A stretch of DNA of 54,701 bases, from NCBI GenBank assembly GCA_934444485.1, contig CAKSCN010000002.1, positions 1 through 54,701 on the forward strand, read 5' to 3'. The notes beneath the pieces are model-generated. The model had not been told where the DNA came from and did not search any database. It worked only from the letters and a program-made list of their open reading frames with translations. Shown one piece after another: positions 54,121 to 54,701 of this stretch. The position numbers and the translations under genes are program-made. Origin of the DNA: an uncultured Eubacteriales bacterium. Lineage in GTDB: Bacteria; Bacillota; Clostridia; Oscillospirales; CAG-382. Each line of letters begins with the position of its first letter. The first letter of the stretch is position 1.

Positions 54121-54701
54121 AGAACCTCCGGAGAGAGAAAAGCGGGGCTTTTCAGTGAAATTTGCCCTTCGGGCAAGTGATATACGCCTGCGGCGTGTGA
54201 AATATCTCGCTTCGCTCGATGTGAAATGTTGCTTCGCAACGTTGGGGAGGAAAAGCTCCTAAAGTCGCTTTGAAATTGAGAGTGGAGAGTGGAGAATGGA
54301 GAATTGATGTTGAAAAGCGGAGCTTTTCAAAAATTGAAAATTGAGAATGGAAAATGGAGAATTGATGTGGAAAAACGCTGAAGCGTTTTTCTTCAATATT
54401 TGAATGGTGCGGAGTTTGAGGGTGTGCGGCGAAGGGAAAGAAAGGCAGAATTCATAATGCATAATTCATAATGCATAATGCATAATTGACGTTGAAAAGC
54501 TTAGCTTTTCTTCAATATTTGAATGGTGCGGAGTTTGAGGGTGTGCGGCGAAGGGAAAGAAAGGCAGAATTCATAATGCATAATTCATAATGCATAATGC
54601 ATAATTGACGTTGAAAAGCTTAGCTTTTCTTCAATATTTGAATGGTGCGGAGTTTGAGGGTGTGCGGCGAAGGGAAAGAAAGGCAGAATTCATAATGCAT
54701 A
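54121..54701. repeat. Modular repeat locus L5, including a 119-bp tandem array that runs off the window
   Basis: Four-hairpin GTGAAAT module at 54137-54240. GAGAATG/GAGTGGA words at 54272-54309 and 54329-54367. Identical 119-bp units at 54391-54509 and 54510-54628, with a partial unit at 54629-54701. Confidence 0.9.

Noticed and set aside
54391-54701. The regularly spaced repeats at the window end looked CRISPR-like at first glance.
   Set aside because: The 119-bp units are identical over their whole length, so there are no unique spacers. The unit is a composite of modules seen elsewhere, and there are no cas genes.
1-54701. Search by eye of all track ORFs for integrase, transposase, recombinase, cas, phage structural or conjugation genes that could explain the islands and repeats.
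   Set aside because: I recognised none. The R-M island, tRNA-fragment array and repeat loci therefore cannot be tied to a mobile element within this window.

Overview
This 54.7 kb window looks like a chromosomal segment from a moderately GC-rich Clostridia-type Firmicute. That placement is an inference from gene content: an rplU-prp-rpmA-obg operon with Prp-processed L27, a T-box leader, a SleB-like hydrolase, SLH-like secreted proteins and many CAZymes. All family calls come from motifs read by eye, with no database search.

Core content:
- rplU-prp-rpmA-obg, rplS, tRNA-Arg(ACG) and feoAB.
- A T-box leader (specifier read as UGG/Trp) in front of a TrpXYZ-type ABC importer.
- An AEC transporter and a CaCA antiporter.
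- CAZymes: GH28, GH13, GH5, a GH39-like enzyme and an alpha-galactosidase-like enzyme.
- Four AraC regulators and one DeoR regulator.

Accessory content:
- An AT-rich MboI/DpnII-type R-M island (HTH-Dam methylase, unknown 178-aa ORF, DpnII-family endonuclease, second methylase).
- A HepT/MNT toxin-antitoxin pair.
- An orphan Card1/Can2-like CARF-nuclease translationally coupled to a HAD nucleotidase.
- A compact glycyl radical enzyme with no activase nearby.
- A double-ATPase BcrA/BadF-type activase with a dehydratase-like partner.
- A tandemly duplicated SLH-like two-gene cassette.
- Tandem 3-prime fragments of the tRNA-Arg gene.

The most unusual signal is non-coding. Five intergenic loci (8029-8384, 23478-23927, 30859-31745, 39274-39745, 54121-54701) are built from one modular, BIME-like repeat family. 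Its parts are GC-clamped mini-hairpins (many with a GCGAAGC core), 7-nt-period microsatellites, and a four-hairpin module. In that module the GTGAAAT linkers are invariant, but the stems differ between copies while staying self-complementary. I do not recognise this family. No integrase, transposase, cas gene or CRISPR array was seen. Several start codons were moved relative to the ORF track on RBS grounds.
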